Shown in pieces: positions 55,468 through 62,858 of a DNA stretch of 64,000 nucleotides. The notes under the pieces were generated by a model. The model did not search any database. It saw only the letters and a program-made list of their open reading frames with translations, and was not told the origin of the DNA. The stretch covers positions 12,812 to 76,811 of IMG/VR virus record IMGVR_UViG_3300023176_006361; one strand, written 5' to 3'. A program made the position numbers and the translations under genes. This DNA comes from a virus. The number at the start of each line of letters is the position of its first letter. The first letter of the stretch is position 1.

Positions 55468-56103
55468 ATGACATTACTTGATTTCATGCCAAATATAAGG
55501 CAACAAGAGACAAAATCAGAGAAAGAATACGATACAAATCTTACACAAATACAGAATGAATACAAGAGTAAATTGAAGAAGAGTAAGTCATTTACGCAGA
55601 TGACTGAACAAAAGAACTTTGGTTTATTTCAGTATGAGTTTTATAAACAAGCATTGAAGATACATTCTCATATGGGTATTGTTTATAAGTTATCAACATC
55701 AAGTATTGACACTGGTGATGACTTAGGTGTAATTAGGGAAGAGAAAGGAAAGAGAAGAGAATTGTTTAGTTTACAATTCAAGACTGGTAGAGTCACACAA
55801 ACTAATAAGAGTGGTCGTGCTGTTGATATAAAGAAAGCAATGAAAGGTAAAGGTGGATCAGAGAATCATCATTTGAGATTATATAAAGTTGAGGAATTTG
55901 ATTTCTTAGTATGTGTTGATGGTATTGATGGAAGGGATGATCTTTTTATATTTGATAGGGAGACATTGATTTCACCATCTAACCCAACACATTATAAACA
56001 ACAACAATCTCTTTCACCACAGTATTGGGATAGACATCATTGCAATCGTGGTGGATGGGAATTACTCATGCCAGAACTAAAAGAGGTACAAAACTATGAA
56101 TGA
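55468..56103 (+). CDS. PD-(D/E)xK endonuclease, homing-endonuclease-like
   Basis: Start reassigned to ATG 55468; DTGDDLGV...SLQFKT...LYKVEEFDFLVCVD pattern resembles group I intron-associated PD-(D/E)xK enzymes. Confidence 0.6.
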   Translation: MTLLDFMPNIRQQETKSEKEYDTNLTQIQNEYKSKLKKSKSFTQMTEQKNFGLFQYEFYKQALKIHSHMGIVYKLSTSSIDTGDDLGVIREEKGKRRELFSLQFKTGRVTQTNKSGRAVDIKKAMKGKGGSENHHLRLYKVEEFDFLVCVDGIDGRDDLFIFDRETLISPSNPTHYKQQQSLSPQYWDRHHCNRGGWELLMPELKEVQNYE

Positions 56104-56344
56104 ACGTTGGATACAAGAAGAGATGGCAGACATTGACCGTTTCATTGATGAATGTTATAATAATGACGTTGTTTGGGAAGAAGAAGTGGGTCCAATGATT
56201 ACATACGATTCACTTGTTGGTAAATTCACATTCTTCTGGGAAGGAAGAGTCAAGTATTTTGATTCACATGAAACAGCAGAAGATTGGATCAAACTAAACA
56301 ATGCTCGTCGTATTCAAGAACGTAAAAAGGAGATCAATCAATGA
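56096..56344 (+). CDS. Hypothetical protein
   Basis: 82 aa; SD GAGG; coupled in the plus-strand operon. Confidence 0.7.
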   Translation: MNERWIQEEMADIDRFIDECYNNDVVWEEEVGPMITYDSLVGKFTFFWEGRVKYFDSHETAEDWIKLNNARRIQERKKEINQ

Positions 56345-56538
56345 AAGATCAGTATGTCATCGAAGATGGTGAAAGTAAGAGGGACAAATGGAATCGTGGA
56401 TTAGATTTATTCATCGAGTCTGTATTGAAACCAGATCCTGCATTACGTCAATGTGCTCATAATCAGAAATGTTATCATGAGTTGATGGATGTAAGAAATG
56501 ATATGCTTGAATACTTGAAGACAAAGCGTTGGGAATAA
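56341..56538 (+). CDS. Conserved cyanophage protein (ESVLKPD..LRQCAHNQKCYHELM family)
   Basis: 65 aa; SD AAGGAG; paralogue of 63051..63254. Confidence 0.8.
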   Translation: MKDQYVIEDGESKRDKWNRGLDLFIESVLKPDPALRQCAHNQKCYHELMDVRNDMLEYLKTKRWE

Positions 56539-56543
56539 GACAT

Positions 56544-56575
56544 AAAAAAAGGACCTCTAGGGGTCCTTTTGTTTT
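56544..56575. terminator. Bidirectional intrinsic terminator
   Basis: AAAAAAAGGACCT-CTAG-GGGTCCTTTTGTTTT between convergent genes. Confidence 0.8.
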
Positions 56576-56769
56576 GGTTGTTCTTCACCAGGGACATAAT
56601 AACAAAATCCCTCCATAATCAAATAATCGGCAGTCTTTCTCATTTGTTCTGATAGATGATGTATCTTATCAGTATCAATGAGATATTGAAACAGTTCTAC
56701 CAGATCGTTTTCGTCGGTGATACCATCATTGACATACAGTGATAGTAGTTCTTCATACTTCTTCAGCAT
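56557..56769 (-). CDS. Hypothetical protein
   Basis: Start reassigned to MLKKYEELL; VELFQYLIDT motif. Confidence 0.65.
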   Translation of the reverse strand: MLKKYEELLSLYVNDGITDENDLVELFQYLIDTDKIHHLSEQMRKTADYLIMEGFCYYVPGEEQPKQKDP

Positions 56770-56917
56770 TAGTAAGTTTGAAATACAACGTGGACATTGC
56801 ATCATCTACTTCATCATCTAAGTGCGACATTTGTTTGACAGTCTCCCTCAACAAACGTAATGCTTGAATTGCGGTATCGACTTCTTTTTCTTTCAGTTCA
56901 AGTGTGAATGTTTTCAT
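56753..56917 (-). CDS. Hypothetical protein (54 aa; not in track)
   Basis: MKTFTLELKEKEVDTAIQALRLLRETVKQMSHLDDEVDDAMSTLYFKLTNAEEV. Confidence 0.6.
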   Translation of the reverse strand: MKTFTLELKEKEVDTAIQALRLLRETVKQMSHLDDEVDDAMSTLYFKLTNAEEV

Positions 56918-56919
56918 TT

Positions 56920-57084
56920 TTATTTAGAGACAATTTTGACTTTTGATTGGTCCCATGGATATGCAATAACTCTTACCATGGTTGGATAAATTGCAATCGT
57001 AATATATAGCGGATCGACAAATGCAATTTGTCCTCTCATTCCATCATATTCGACTTCTGTTCCTTCAATCCATTGATCATTCAT
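56920..57084 (-). CDS. Small beta-barrel-like protein (54 aa; not in track), paralogue of 59101..59304
   Basis: MNDQWIEGTEVEYDGMRGQIAFVDPLYITIAIYPTMVRVIAYPWDQSKVKIVSK. Confidence 0.65.
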   Translation of the reverse strand: MNDQWIEGTEVEYDGMRGQIAFVDPLYITIAIYPTMVRVIAYPWDQSKVKIVSK

Positions 57085-57103
57085 GAGTAGTTCAACAAAT
57101 AAG

Positions 57104-57134
57104 AAAAATGGGGAGGGAGACTAATCCCTACCCC
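57104..57134 (-). terminator. Probable intrinsic terminator
   Basis: GGGGTAGGGA-TTAGTC-TCCCTCCCC followed by ATTTTTCTT on the minus strand. Confidence 0.55.
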
Positions 57135-57192
57135 GTCTACACATATATGGGAATATAATACATCCTCTTACCAGATTGGGATCATCCAACTG

Positions 57193-57357
57193 TTACCGAA
57201 TTGATTGTGATTGAGAATCAGAATCAAGTGGTGGCGGTGACTTTTTTGAATCACCTTTACTAATTATACACTCATATAAATGATCTGTCAAGTCAGTTGG
57301 ATCATAATCATAATACTTCACAACCTCTTGATATAATGATGCAGGATACTTTTTCAT
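57193..57357 (-). CDS. Hypothetical protein
   Basis: Start reassigned to MKKYPASL (TGATG coupling). Confidence 0.55.
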   Translation of the reverse strand: MKKYPASLYQEVVKYYDYDPTDLTDHLYECIISKGDSKKSPPPLDSDSQSQSIR

Positions 57358-58076
57358 CACTTCATATACAGATAACCGCCTGCCCAATCAGCATTCTCTA
57401 GCAACCACTCACGATCTTTGATCAAGAGTAGATTGAAACGTACATGCTTTGCAGGAGACTTGAATGATGCTGGTTTATATACTTCACCAGTCTTCTTATC
57501 AACAAATGCATGAACACTACGGGAAGCAGGACGATTGTTGTTAGGAACCTCCATGATGATTTTGTGATACTTGCGACCAGATTCGATCACAAACTTATAC
57601 ACAGGAGCATCATAACCACCGACAGTGCCATGATTACGATCCTTGAAGTTCTGCTCCAGCGCATCACACAGCATGAGAGTGTACTTACGAACATTCAGTT
57701 CGATAGTGTTCCGCGCATCTTGAGTGGCAACGTAGTCAGCGAACGTGGTGGTCATGGTCTCTTGCGTTGATGAATCAATTATAGGGGCTGGTTGGTCCTC
57801 CTGTGCGCTGTCGAGTGACAGTTTGAGGAGTGGCATAGCCGTGTACGGTGTGGTGTCGCGCAGATCTACCTTACTTCCGCGCTTGGTGCTTGATACTGGC
57901 GCATAATAGCACTGTGCTTTTCCTCCATGATAGCCCCAGATTGTTCTAACAGGGTCAGGGTTATAAACGTATTGACGATGATGGCACAGCCAAATAGCAG
58001 AATAGTTTTGTCGTCCTGTAGAAACTTCATAGTGATAACCTTCAGGTGCAGTGTGTGGGAAATCAGTTGGTAACAT
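57357..58076 (-). CDS. Apparent in-frame fusion of two early proteins; internal start at 57755
   Basis: N-part MLPTDFPH...PYTAMP; C-part MTTTFADY...RKYHKII...SVHAFVDKKTGEVYKPASFKSPAK; promoter cassette e lies between them. Confidence 0.7.
   Translation of the reverse strand: MLPTDFPHTAPEGYHYEVSTGRQNYSAIWLCHHRQYVYNPDPVRTIWGYHGGKAQCYYAPVSSTKRGSKVDLRDTTPYTAMPLLKLSLDSAQEDQPAPIIDSSTQETMTTTFADYVATQDARNTIELNVRKYTLMLCDALEQNFKDRNHGTVGGYDAPVYKFVIESGRKYHKIIMEVPNNNRPASRSVHAFVDKKTGEVYKPASFKSPAKHVRFNLLLIKDREWLLENADWAGGYLYMK
57778..57836 (-). promoter_or_regulatory. Early promoter cassette e (intragenic)
   Basis: ATGCCACT-CCTCAA-ACTGTCAC (57815-57836); -10 TATAAT at 57778-57783. Confidence 0.8.
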
Positions 58077-58203
58077 CTAATGACAGTTGTTTAAACTCAA
58101 GGTGATCACAACATGAATCATCATCATGCAAATCAATCATGTCAGTGTCAACATGAGTGACTAGTTTGTCAAACAGGAAGTCAACAAATTCTTTGTTAGT
58201 CAT
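58063..58203 (-). CDS. Small acidic protein (46 aa; not in track)
   Basis: MTNKEFVDFLFDKLVTHVDTDMIDLHDDDSCCDHLEFKQLSLDVTN; TGATG coupling. Confidence 0.6.
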   Translation of the reverse strand: MTNKEFVDFLFDKLVTHVDTDMIDLHDDDSCCDHLEFKQLSLDVTN

Positions 58204-58361
58204 CATTCTCCAAACATTTCAGCGTAGAGGTCAAGATTCTGATTCTTGTATTTCTGATTGTTCAACCAGATCTCCTGTTCGATCCAAGCGACCTGGGCAC
58301 GGGCTTTGAGCAGTTTCTCGCGGAGTTCGTAGTTGCGTTGGTTCCGTTCGGTGATGGTCAT
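58203..58361 (-). CDS. Small coiled-coil protein
   Basis: Start reassigned to MTITERNQ, downstream of cassette f. Confidence 0.65.
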   Translation of the reverse strand: MTITERNQRNYELREKLLKARAQVAWIEQEIWLNNQKYKNQNLDLYAEMFGE

Positions 58362-58382
58362 GGGTCGTTTGCTGATGTGTTT

Positions 58383-58439
58383 AGTATAGGGCATTTGGTG
58401 CCCAGTGGGTCAGGCAGGGACCACTTCGCTGGCTGGCAC
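58383..58439 (-). promoter_or_regulatory. Early promoter cassette f
   Basis: GTGCCAGC-CAGCGA-AGTGGTCC (58418-58439); -10 TATACT at 58383-58388. Confidence 0.7.
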
Positions 58440-58622
58440 ACGGGACACGGTGAGACGCTTGAAGTTGTACTGTCTCCATGCATCACATGCCTCGTTCACC
58501 ATACGATTGTGCTGACGATCCATGCCCTTGGCAGTCTTGCACTTGCGCTCCTTGCGGAAGTAGATGATGGGGATCTCGGTCTCGGGCATGTCGATCTCGA
58601 TCTTGTAGTGAGAGTAGGTCAT
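58410..58622 (-). CDS. Hypothetical early protein
   Basis: 70 aa; SD GAGGG; downstream of cassette g. Confidence 0.7.
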   Translation of the reverse strand: MTYSHYKIEIDMPETEIPIIYFRKERKCKTAKGMDRQHNRMVNEACDAWRQYNFKRLTVSRVPASEVVPA

Positions 58623-58650
58623 GGGGCGTTCCCTCGATTGCTATGAACAT

Positions 58651-58708
58651 AGTATGGCACAAAAAAACCGCCCGTGGGGGCGGTGGTGGACACTCATTCA
58701 GCTGTCAT
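58651..58708 (-). promoter_or_regulatory. Early promoter cassette g with embedded terminator
   Basis: ATGACAGC-TGAATG-AGTGTCCAC (58686-58708); -10 CATACT at 58651-58656. Confidence 0.8.
58661..58684 (-). terminator. Intrinsic terminator inside the promoter spacer
   Basis: ACCGCCC-CCAC-GGGCGGT-TTTTTT. Confidence 0.8.
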
Positions 58709-58930
58709 CATGTCTCGGATCAGTTGCAGGTTGGTGATCGTATTTTCGATTGTGGATCGATTCCAACCATAGGCATAGGCATAGGATGCCTTCTGATCGC
58801 CCGTCAGGGGGTCCAGGAGAGGCGCTCCGTCAGCATCCACGGGGTCTACAGTGTCGATTGCCCTTGAACCCACTTGCAGGGCGTTCTGGAGGGACTCGAT
58901 CACGGTGAGCAGGCTGCTGTCGATTGTCAT
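58694..58930 (-). CDS. Hypothetical early protein
   Basis: Start reassigned to MTIDSSLL, downstream of cassette h; YAYAYGWNRST motif. Confidence 0.65.
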   Translation of the reverse strand: MTIDSSLLTVIESLQNALQVGSRAIDTVDPVDADGAPLLDPLTGDQKASYAYAYGWNRSTIENTITNLQLIRDMMTAE

Positions 58931-58952
58931 GAGTGTGGGTGTTGAGATCATC

Positions 58953-59010
58953 AGTGTAGAACTGAATCAGAAGTCGTCGAGTTCAGGTGGGACACTCTCC
59001 TCACTGTCCC
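58953..59010 (-). promoter_or_regulatory. Early promoter cassette h
   Basis: GGGACAGT-GAGGAG-AGTGTCCC (58989-59010); -10 TACACT at 58953-58958. Confidence 0.75.
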
Positions 59011-59098
59011 ATAGAATCTCGTTTGCTGCTTCGCGCAGAATAGCATCTCGCACTGCTGGATCATCAGCCCAGCGGTCATTCATCATTTCTTCCATCAT
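58967..59098 (-). CDS. Small acidic protein (43 aa; not in track)
   Basis: MMEEMMNDRWADDPAVRDAILREAANEILWDSEESVPPELDDF. Confidence 0.55.
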   Translation of the reverse strand: MMEEMMNDRWADDPAVRDAILREAANEILWDSEESVPPELDDF

Positions 59099-59100
59099 AA

Positions 59101-59304
59101 TCAGTCGCGTGAGTGGTTTCCTTTGAGTAGTTTAACTTGGTCGAATCGTTCTTCATACACGACAATACATACTTGTCGCATGATACCTGTGTCTTTTTCA
59201 GGCCATTGGTGTGTGCAGATTACCATCTGCTTATACTCTGGACTCGCAAACTTTACGAATCCTATTTGCCCATCATACTCTACTTCTGTCCCTACGGGTA
59301 GCAT
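59101..59304 (-). CDS. Small beta-barrel-like protein
   Basis: Start reassigned to MLPVGTEVEYDGQIGFVKF; SD GAAGGA. Confidence 0.65.
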   Translation of the reverse strand: MLPVGTEVEYDGQIGFVKFASPEYKQMVICTHQWPEKDTGIMRQVCIVVYEERFDQVKLLKGNHSRD

Positions 59305-59539
59305 ATCCTTCTCTAGTAACTGGGTGATCGTTAATAACGAGGGAGAGGACATCAGGATACAGAGTGTGTGCAATGTACTGTGCTAGGTCACGGTTAGGTG
59401 CGATGACATAAGTGTCAACATCATACCAACCTTTAGGTGGATCAGCTTGTTCATCTGCCCACTCTAGTTCAAGTTCAACCAACCAGACGTGACCACTGTC
59501 TAGATGGGAATCAAAGTCATGAATAATATCAGCAATCAT
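59273..59539 (-). CDS. Hypothetical protein
   Basis: 88 aa; YVIAPNRDLAQYIAHTLYPD. Confidence 0.65.
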   Translation of the reverse strand: MIADIIHDFDSHLDSGHVWLVELELEWADEQADPPKGWYDVDTYVIAPNRDLAQYIAHTLYPDVLSLVINDHPVTREGYATRRDRSRV

Positions 59540-59672
59540 ATTCTCTGCTCTGCATATCGCTCATTTCCTGTTGCAACTCTTTGATGTAAGCATCTTGATT
59601 TTGGATCTTTTCGTTTTGGTCTTTGATGAGAGCCTTCATCTCGTCAACCATTGCTTTTTCGGAATCTGTCAT
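59529..59672 (-). CDS. Small coiled-coil protein (47 aa; not in track)
   Basis: MTDSEKAMVDEMKALIKDQNEKIQNQDAYIKELQQEMSDMQSREYDC. Confidence 0.55.
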   Translation of the reverse strand: MTDSEKAMVDEMKALIKDQNEKIQNQDAYIKELQQEMSDMQSREYDC

Positions 59673-59716
59673 GGTAGAAAATGCGTCTACTTGTATTATG
59701 TATAGTGAGTAACAAT

Positions 59717-59842
59717 TTACATGAACTCCTCCATGTAATAATCAACTGTTACTTCCAATACTTTAGCACGCTCTTCGATTGCGGCAACAAATGCCTCGTC
59801 CAACCAATAATTTTCGTGACTATTGTCAGTGTTTTCAGACAT
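59717..59842 (-). CDS. Conserved small cyanophage protein (LEVTVDYYMEEF)
   Basis: Start reassigned to MSENTD. Confidence 0.6.
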   Translation of the reverse strand: MSENTDNSHENYWLDEAFVAAIEERAKVLEVTVDYYMEEFM

Positions 59843-59996
59843 AGGGTTGGATTTCGACTGATTTGACATTGTTGAAAGATGCGTAGCCGTTGTTTTTGAT
59901 GTAGTCACACAGTGTTTGTGCTGCACGTTGTGATACAATGTGCTCTTGAATAATCTCACCAGTTTGAGATTCCATTTTGATGATGTACTTTTTCAT
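59835..59996 (-). CDS. Hypothetical protein (53 aa; not in track)
   Basis: MKKYIIKMESQTGEIIQEHIVSQRAAQTLCDYIKNNGYASFNNVKSVEIQPYV. Confidence 0.55.
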   Translation of the reverse strand: MKKYIIKMESQTGEIIQEHIVSQRAAQTLCDYIKNNGYASFNNVKSVEIQPYV

Positions 59997-59998
59997 GA

Positions 59999-60235
59999 TC
60001 AGCAGTAGACAGGAGAGTAATCAGAACCAGCGTATGCTTCAGTGTTAAAGTCAGTCACTTCTGCACCGTTGGCGATCAGGTTACGGATAGAATAGAGAGC
60101 ATCGGTCTTGACAACAGTGCTGAAGGAGATCATCTCGCTCGCAGCACCAGGATGCCAGATCACTCGCTTGACGAATCGCTTACCACTGCGGTCGGGGTAG
60201 AAGTCGATTTGGGTGGCGCTGGTTTGGAGTTGCAT
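59999..60235 (-). CDS. Hypothetical early protein
   Basis: 78 aa; first gene after cassette i; SD AAGGG. Confidence 0.75.
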   Translation of the reverse strand: MQLQTSATQIDFYPDRSGKRFVKRVIWHPGAASEMISFSTVVKTDALYSIRNLIANGAEVTDFNTEAYAGSDYSPVYC

Positions 60236-60260
60236 GTGCTGTTCCCTTGACTACCTTTGT

Positions 60261-60318
60261 AGTATAGGCTGCAACGGGTGCGCGGTGTGCGACTGTGTGG
60301 CGGTTTGTAGAGTGTCAC
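60261..60318 (-). promoter_or_regulatory. Early promoter cassette i
   Basis: GTGACACT-CTACAA-ACCGCCAC (60297-60318); -10 TATACT at 60261-60266. Confidence 0.75.
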
Positions 60319-60509
60319 AGCGCGTCCAGATCGCCGCCATGGCGCGTGGTACGCTGCGCCTCCTCTCGATACGAAACCAATTTGTTATATAATGGCGCGA
60401 TTGCACCAACTTCTTCTTCAATACGCATTTGTGCAGTGCGTTCGAGATACTGCAGTGAGCATGTAAGCATGAACAGCTCACTATCAGTCAGTGTTACTTG
60501 AATGGACAT
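60315..60509 (-). CDS. Hypothetical protein
   Basis: 64 aa; its stop lies in the cassette i palindrome. Confidence 0.6.
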   Translation of the reverse strand: MSIQVTLTDSELFMLTCSLQYLERTAQMRIEEEVGAIAPLYNKLVSYREEAQRTTRHGGDLDAL

Positions 60510-60676
60510 TGCCAGGTATCGCGGTCGGCTTGATCAATATAACCCTTTTCGAGCATGGTGTCAAGGAAAAACTCCCAGTATTCTTTCTTTGCTGACATAT
60601 CACCACGCATCTCTTTATGCCAGATCTTCATCATGCGGCGGCAGATCCACACCGATTGTCTTTTAGTCAGCGTCAT
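60494..60676 (-). CDS. Hypothetical protein
   Basis: 60 aa; GDMSAKKEYW..FLDTM..KGYI....DTWQCPF. Confidence 0.65.
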   Translation of the reverse strand: MTLTKRQSVWICRRMMKIWHKEMRGDMSAKKEYWEFFLDTMLEKGYIDQADRDTWQCPFK

Positions 60677-60821
60677 CTGGGTTCCTTGGGTTGTTGTGTG
60701 TACCGTAGTGATGTATATAGTTTAGAAAACTATTGATACTGCGCTCAATGCACAATGATTTCTTGACTTCTAGCCAATACTCATACTCTTGTTGCAGATC
60801 TGCACCTAATTCAATGTTCAC
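60663..60821 (-). CDS. Hypothetical protein (52 aa, GTG start; not in track)
   Basis: MNIELGADLQQEYEYWLEVKKSLCIERSINSFLNY...; GTGA overlap with the upstream stop. Confidence 0.5.
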   Translation of the reverse strand: MNIELGADLQQEYEYWLEVKKSLCIERSINSFLNYIHHYGTHNNPRNPDDAD

Positions 60822-61039
60822 TCTATGATTGGACCCCATGTACCGCTATCTCCTTCACGTCTGTTCTCTAATTTATCCATGATTTCGTCCATTGTCTTCA
60901 TTTGGTCAATCTTTTGTATCATATCTGCAATAATACCACAGACAAATGGTTTCTCTTGACGTGCAGCAAATGCTAATGCATTGCGTAAATTACTCTCTGC
61001 ATCATCGAGAGATTGTTCTACAGATTTAGACAGTGCCAT
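60818..61039 (-). CDS. Conserved cyanophage hypothetical protein
   Basis: 73 aa; MALSKSVEQSLDDAESNLRNALAFAARQEKP. Confidence 0.75.
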   Translation of the reverse strand: MALSKSVEQSLDDAESNLRNALAFAARQEKPFVCGIIADMIQKIDQMKTMDEIMDKLENRREGDSGTWGPIIE

Positions 61040-61238
61040 TAGTATTCTCCAGTTTTCTCAATGTAAATGATCCATCTTTGTTGTCAATCCATTCCAGTTC
61101 ATCACCCTCTTTCCATCCCAGTTTATCCATAAGTTCATCTGGAAATGTGAGAATACCATCTTCATCAACAGGAACAATGTAGCGCGTGGGAGATTGACCC
61201 TCTGGTGATGTCCAGAAGTCAGTGATAGCGTCTTTCAT
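61026..61238 (-). CDS. AbrB/MazE/SpoVT-like DNA-binding protein
   Basis: Start reassigned to MKDAITDF; VDEDGILTFPDELMDKLGWKEGDELEW..DGSFTLRK. Confidence 0.75.
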   Translation of the reverse strand: MKDAITDFWTSPEGQSPTRYIVPVDEDGILTFPDELMDKLGWKEGDELEWIDNKDGSFTLRKLENTNGTV

Positions 61239-61240
61239 AG

Positions 61241-61753
61241 TTAGACCCAGTTTGGTTTGCGTTGTGGCATACGTCGGTAGTTGTCTGCTACCCAAGGTTT
61301 TGAAGCAATATACATTTTGTATGCCGTAAATGTATCTATGCTGGTGTCAAGCTTGAACTCATCAGGCATAGCACGAACGAATGGTGTGACACTCTCGATG
61401 TTGCCCTTTGGGAACACATAATATGCATGAACTAGAGTATTATAGCATGAATGTTGCTTGTCAAAGCGTAATGAATACTCATCACATAGATTCATGCCAT
61501 GTTTAATCAACCAGTACGCATTGTGAATAGACTCACGCGCCCAAATTGTGCATGGATGGTTACGAAATGCTCCCTTATCTGTTGCATATGGTGTGCCATC
61601 AAGTTTGGGGAGTGTGCCATAGCCGTGACCCCACTTATCTGATGCAACAATAGCAAGCATTTGACAGCACTCTAATGGCATCTTGACAATGTGCTTGTCA
61701 GGTAGAACAATAGCACTCTCGGCAGGATATTTGTTGGTGACAAAGATGTTCAT
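61241..61753 (-). CDS. Pyrimidine-dimer DNA glycosylase / endonuclease V-like protein
   Basis: 170 aa; MNIF...LPDKHIVKMPLECCQML...NHPCTIWA...AMPDE. Confidence 0.75.
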   Translation of the reverse strand: MNIFVTNKYPAESAIVLPDKHIVKMPLECCQMLAIVASDKWGHGYGTLPKLDGTPYATDKGAFRNHPCTIWARESIHNAYWLIKHGMNLCDEYSLRFDKQHSCYNTLVHAYYVFPKGNIESVTPFVRAMPDEFKLDTSIDTFTAYKMYIASKPWVADNYRRMPQRKPNWV

Positions 61754-61773
61754 GATATGATCTGCATCTCACT

Positions 61774-62088
61774 CTATAGTTTACCACCAACAACGCCACT
61801 GTTGACCACTCTTGTATGATCTTTTAATGTTCCTTCTTGAAGACACTTGAGATGCCATCTGGATATTCTCAACACTGATTCTTCAGTAGGTCCAGTGATG
61901 AAGTGTTGTCCCAGTGGATTCTTTAGAACACTGGTGAATAGTCCGAAACGAGTCTTTTTAATATAAAATGCATCATCAATCCATACAACATCTTCAGGAA
62001 TATCTTTTTCTACTGTTCCACCAAATGATGTTGCTAGTTCAGGATTGACAGTTGATTTTTGTTCAGTCACTTGCTCGCCATTGGTCAT
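61774..62088 (-). CDS. Conserved cyanophage hypothetical protein
   Basis: 104 aa; WIDDAFYIKKTRFGLF...RWHLK...VVGGKL. Confidence 0.75.
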   Translation of the reverse strand: MTNGEQVTEQKSTVNPELATSFGGTVEKDIPEDVVWIDDAFYIKKTRFGLFTSVLKNPLGQHFITGPTEESVLRISRWHLKCLQEGTLKDHTRVVNSGVVGGKL

Positions 62089-62257
62089 AACTACGTCCTT
62101 TTAATGATTGGTATTCTTCTACGATCTCAAGAATATGTTGTGAGATCTCTTTTGCTGCTTCATCATCCCAGTCACTATCACTCAATGTTCTACCCATGTT
62201 GAACACTTCAAATAGTTTCTGATTGATTGTATCGATTAGCATGTCATGTGTTGTCAT
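62063..62257 (-). CDS. Hypothetical protein
   Basis: Start reassigned to MTTHDML (ATGA overlap). Confidence 0.55.
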   Translation of the reverse strand: MTTHDMLIDTINQKLFEVFNMGRTLSDSDWDDEAAKEISQHILEIVEEYQSLKGRSYDQWRASD

Positions 62258-62715
62258 TCCAATGCTCTCCACTGTTTGCGTAATTTCTGGTATATAGGAT
62301 CATAAGCTGCCAAATCACGCTTTTCCTTGAAAATTGATGCACTTTGTGCTTTTTCACAGGTTAATGCATCTTTTTCTTGCGGTCTGATAGTTTTATCCAC
62401 ATTGTATTTCCTGCCCGACCTGTGGTTAGCATACCGTCGTGCGCGGGTAAAACCCATTTCAAGGAATTTCCTGCACATGTCCATTCCAATGAAATCCTGT
62501 TGTTCTTTGTACTTACAGAACATCTCGTAAATCTTATTAGAAGATTTAACAGCTGTTGGCGCATCTACGAACCTCCAATGACTACATATGTAGTCAGTGT
62601 AAGGGCGTACCAATAGCACTCCTTGCTCTCCCCTTCCAATACGATAAAGTTTGCGAGTCTCTGTATTTGTAAAGTCAAGAGATTTGTAATCCAAGTCATA
62701 ATCAAACTCTTTCAT
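62254..62715 (-). CDS. DUF4385-like protein
   Basis: 153 aa; YRIGRGEQGVLLVRPY..HWRF..DFIGMDMCRKFLEMGFTRARRYANH. Confidence 0.8.
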   Translation of the reverse strand: MKEFDYDLDYKSLDFTNTETRKLYRIGRGEQGVLLVRPYTDYICSHWRFVDAPTAVKSSNKIYEMFCKYKEQQDFIGMDMCRKFLEMGFTRARRYANHRSGRKYNVDKTIRPQEKDALTCEKAQSASIFKEKRDLAAYDPIYQKLRKQWRALE

Positions 62716-62858
62716 TGTGGGTTACAAATGATTAGTGCTGTGTATGGGTCAGGTTGTGTGCAAAAGTATTGTGGTGGTGGCTCTGGTATCTTTGATAGTG
62801 TTACCAGAGCAATGATCACCTGAAAGAATGGGAGAATGAATACAATCTTATCTCTCAT
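62712..62858 (-). CDS. Small membrane protein (48 aa; not in track)
   Basis: MRDKIVFILPFFQVIIALVTLSKIPEPPPQYFCTQPDPYTALIICNPQ; coupled on both sides. Confidence 0.55.
   Translation of the reverse strand: MRDKIVFILPFFQVIIALVTLSKIPEPPPQYFCTQPDPYTALIICNPQ

Noticed and set aside
52967-60318. Early palindrome as a CRP or NtcA site
   Set aside because: The TGTGA/TCACA-like ends are 14 bp apart rather than 6, and GTA-N8-TAC is absent.
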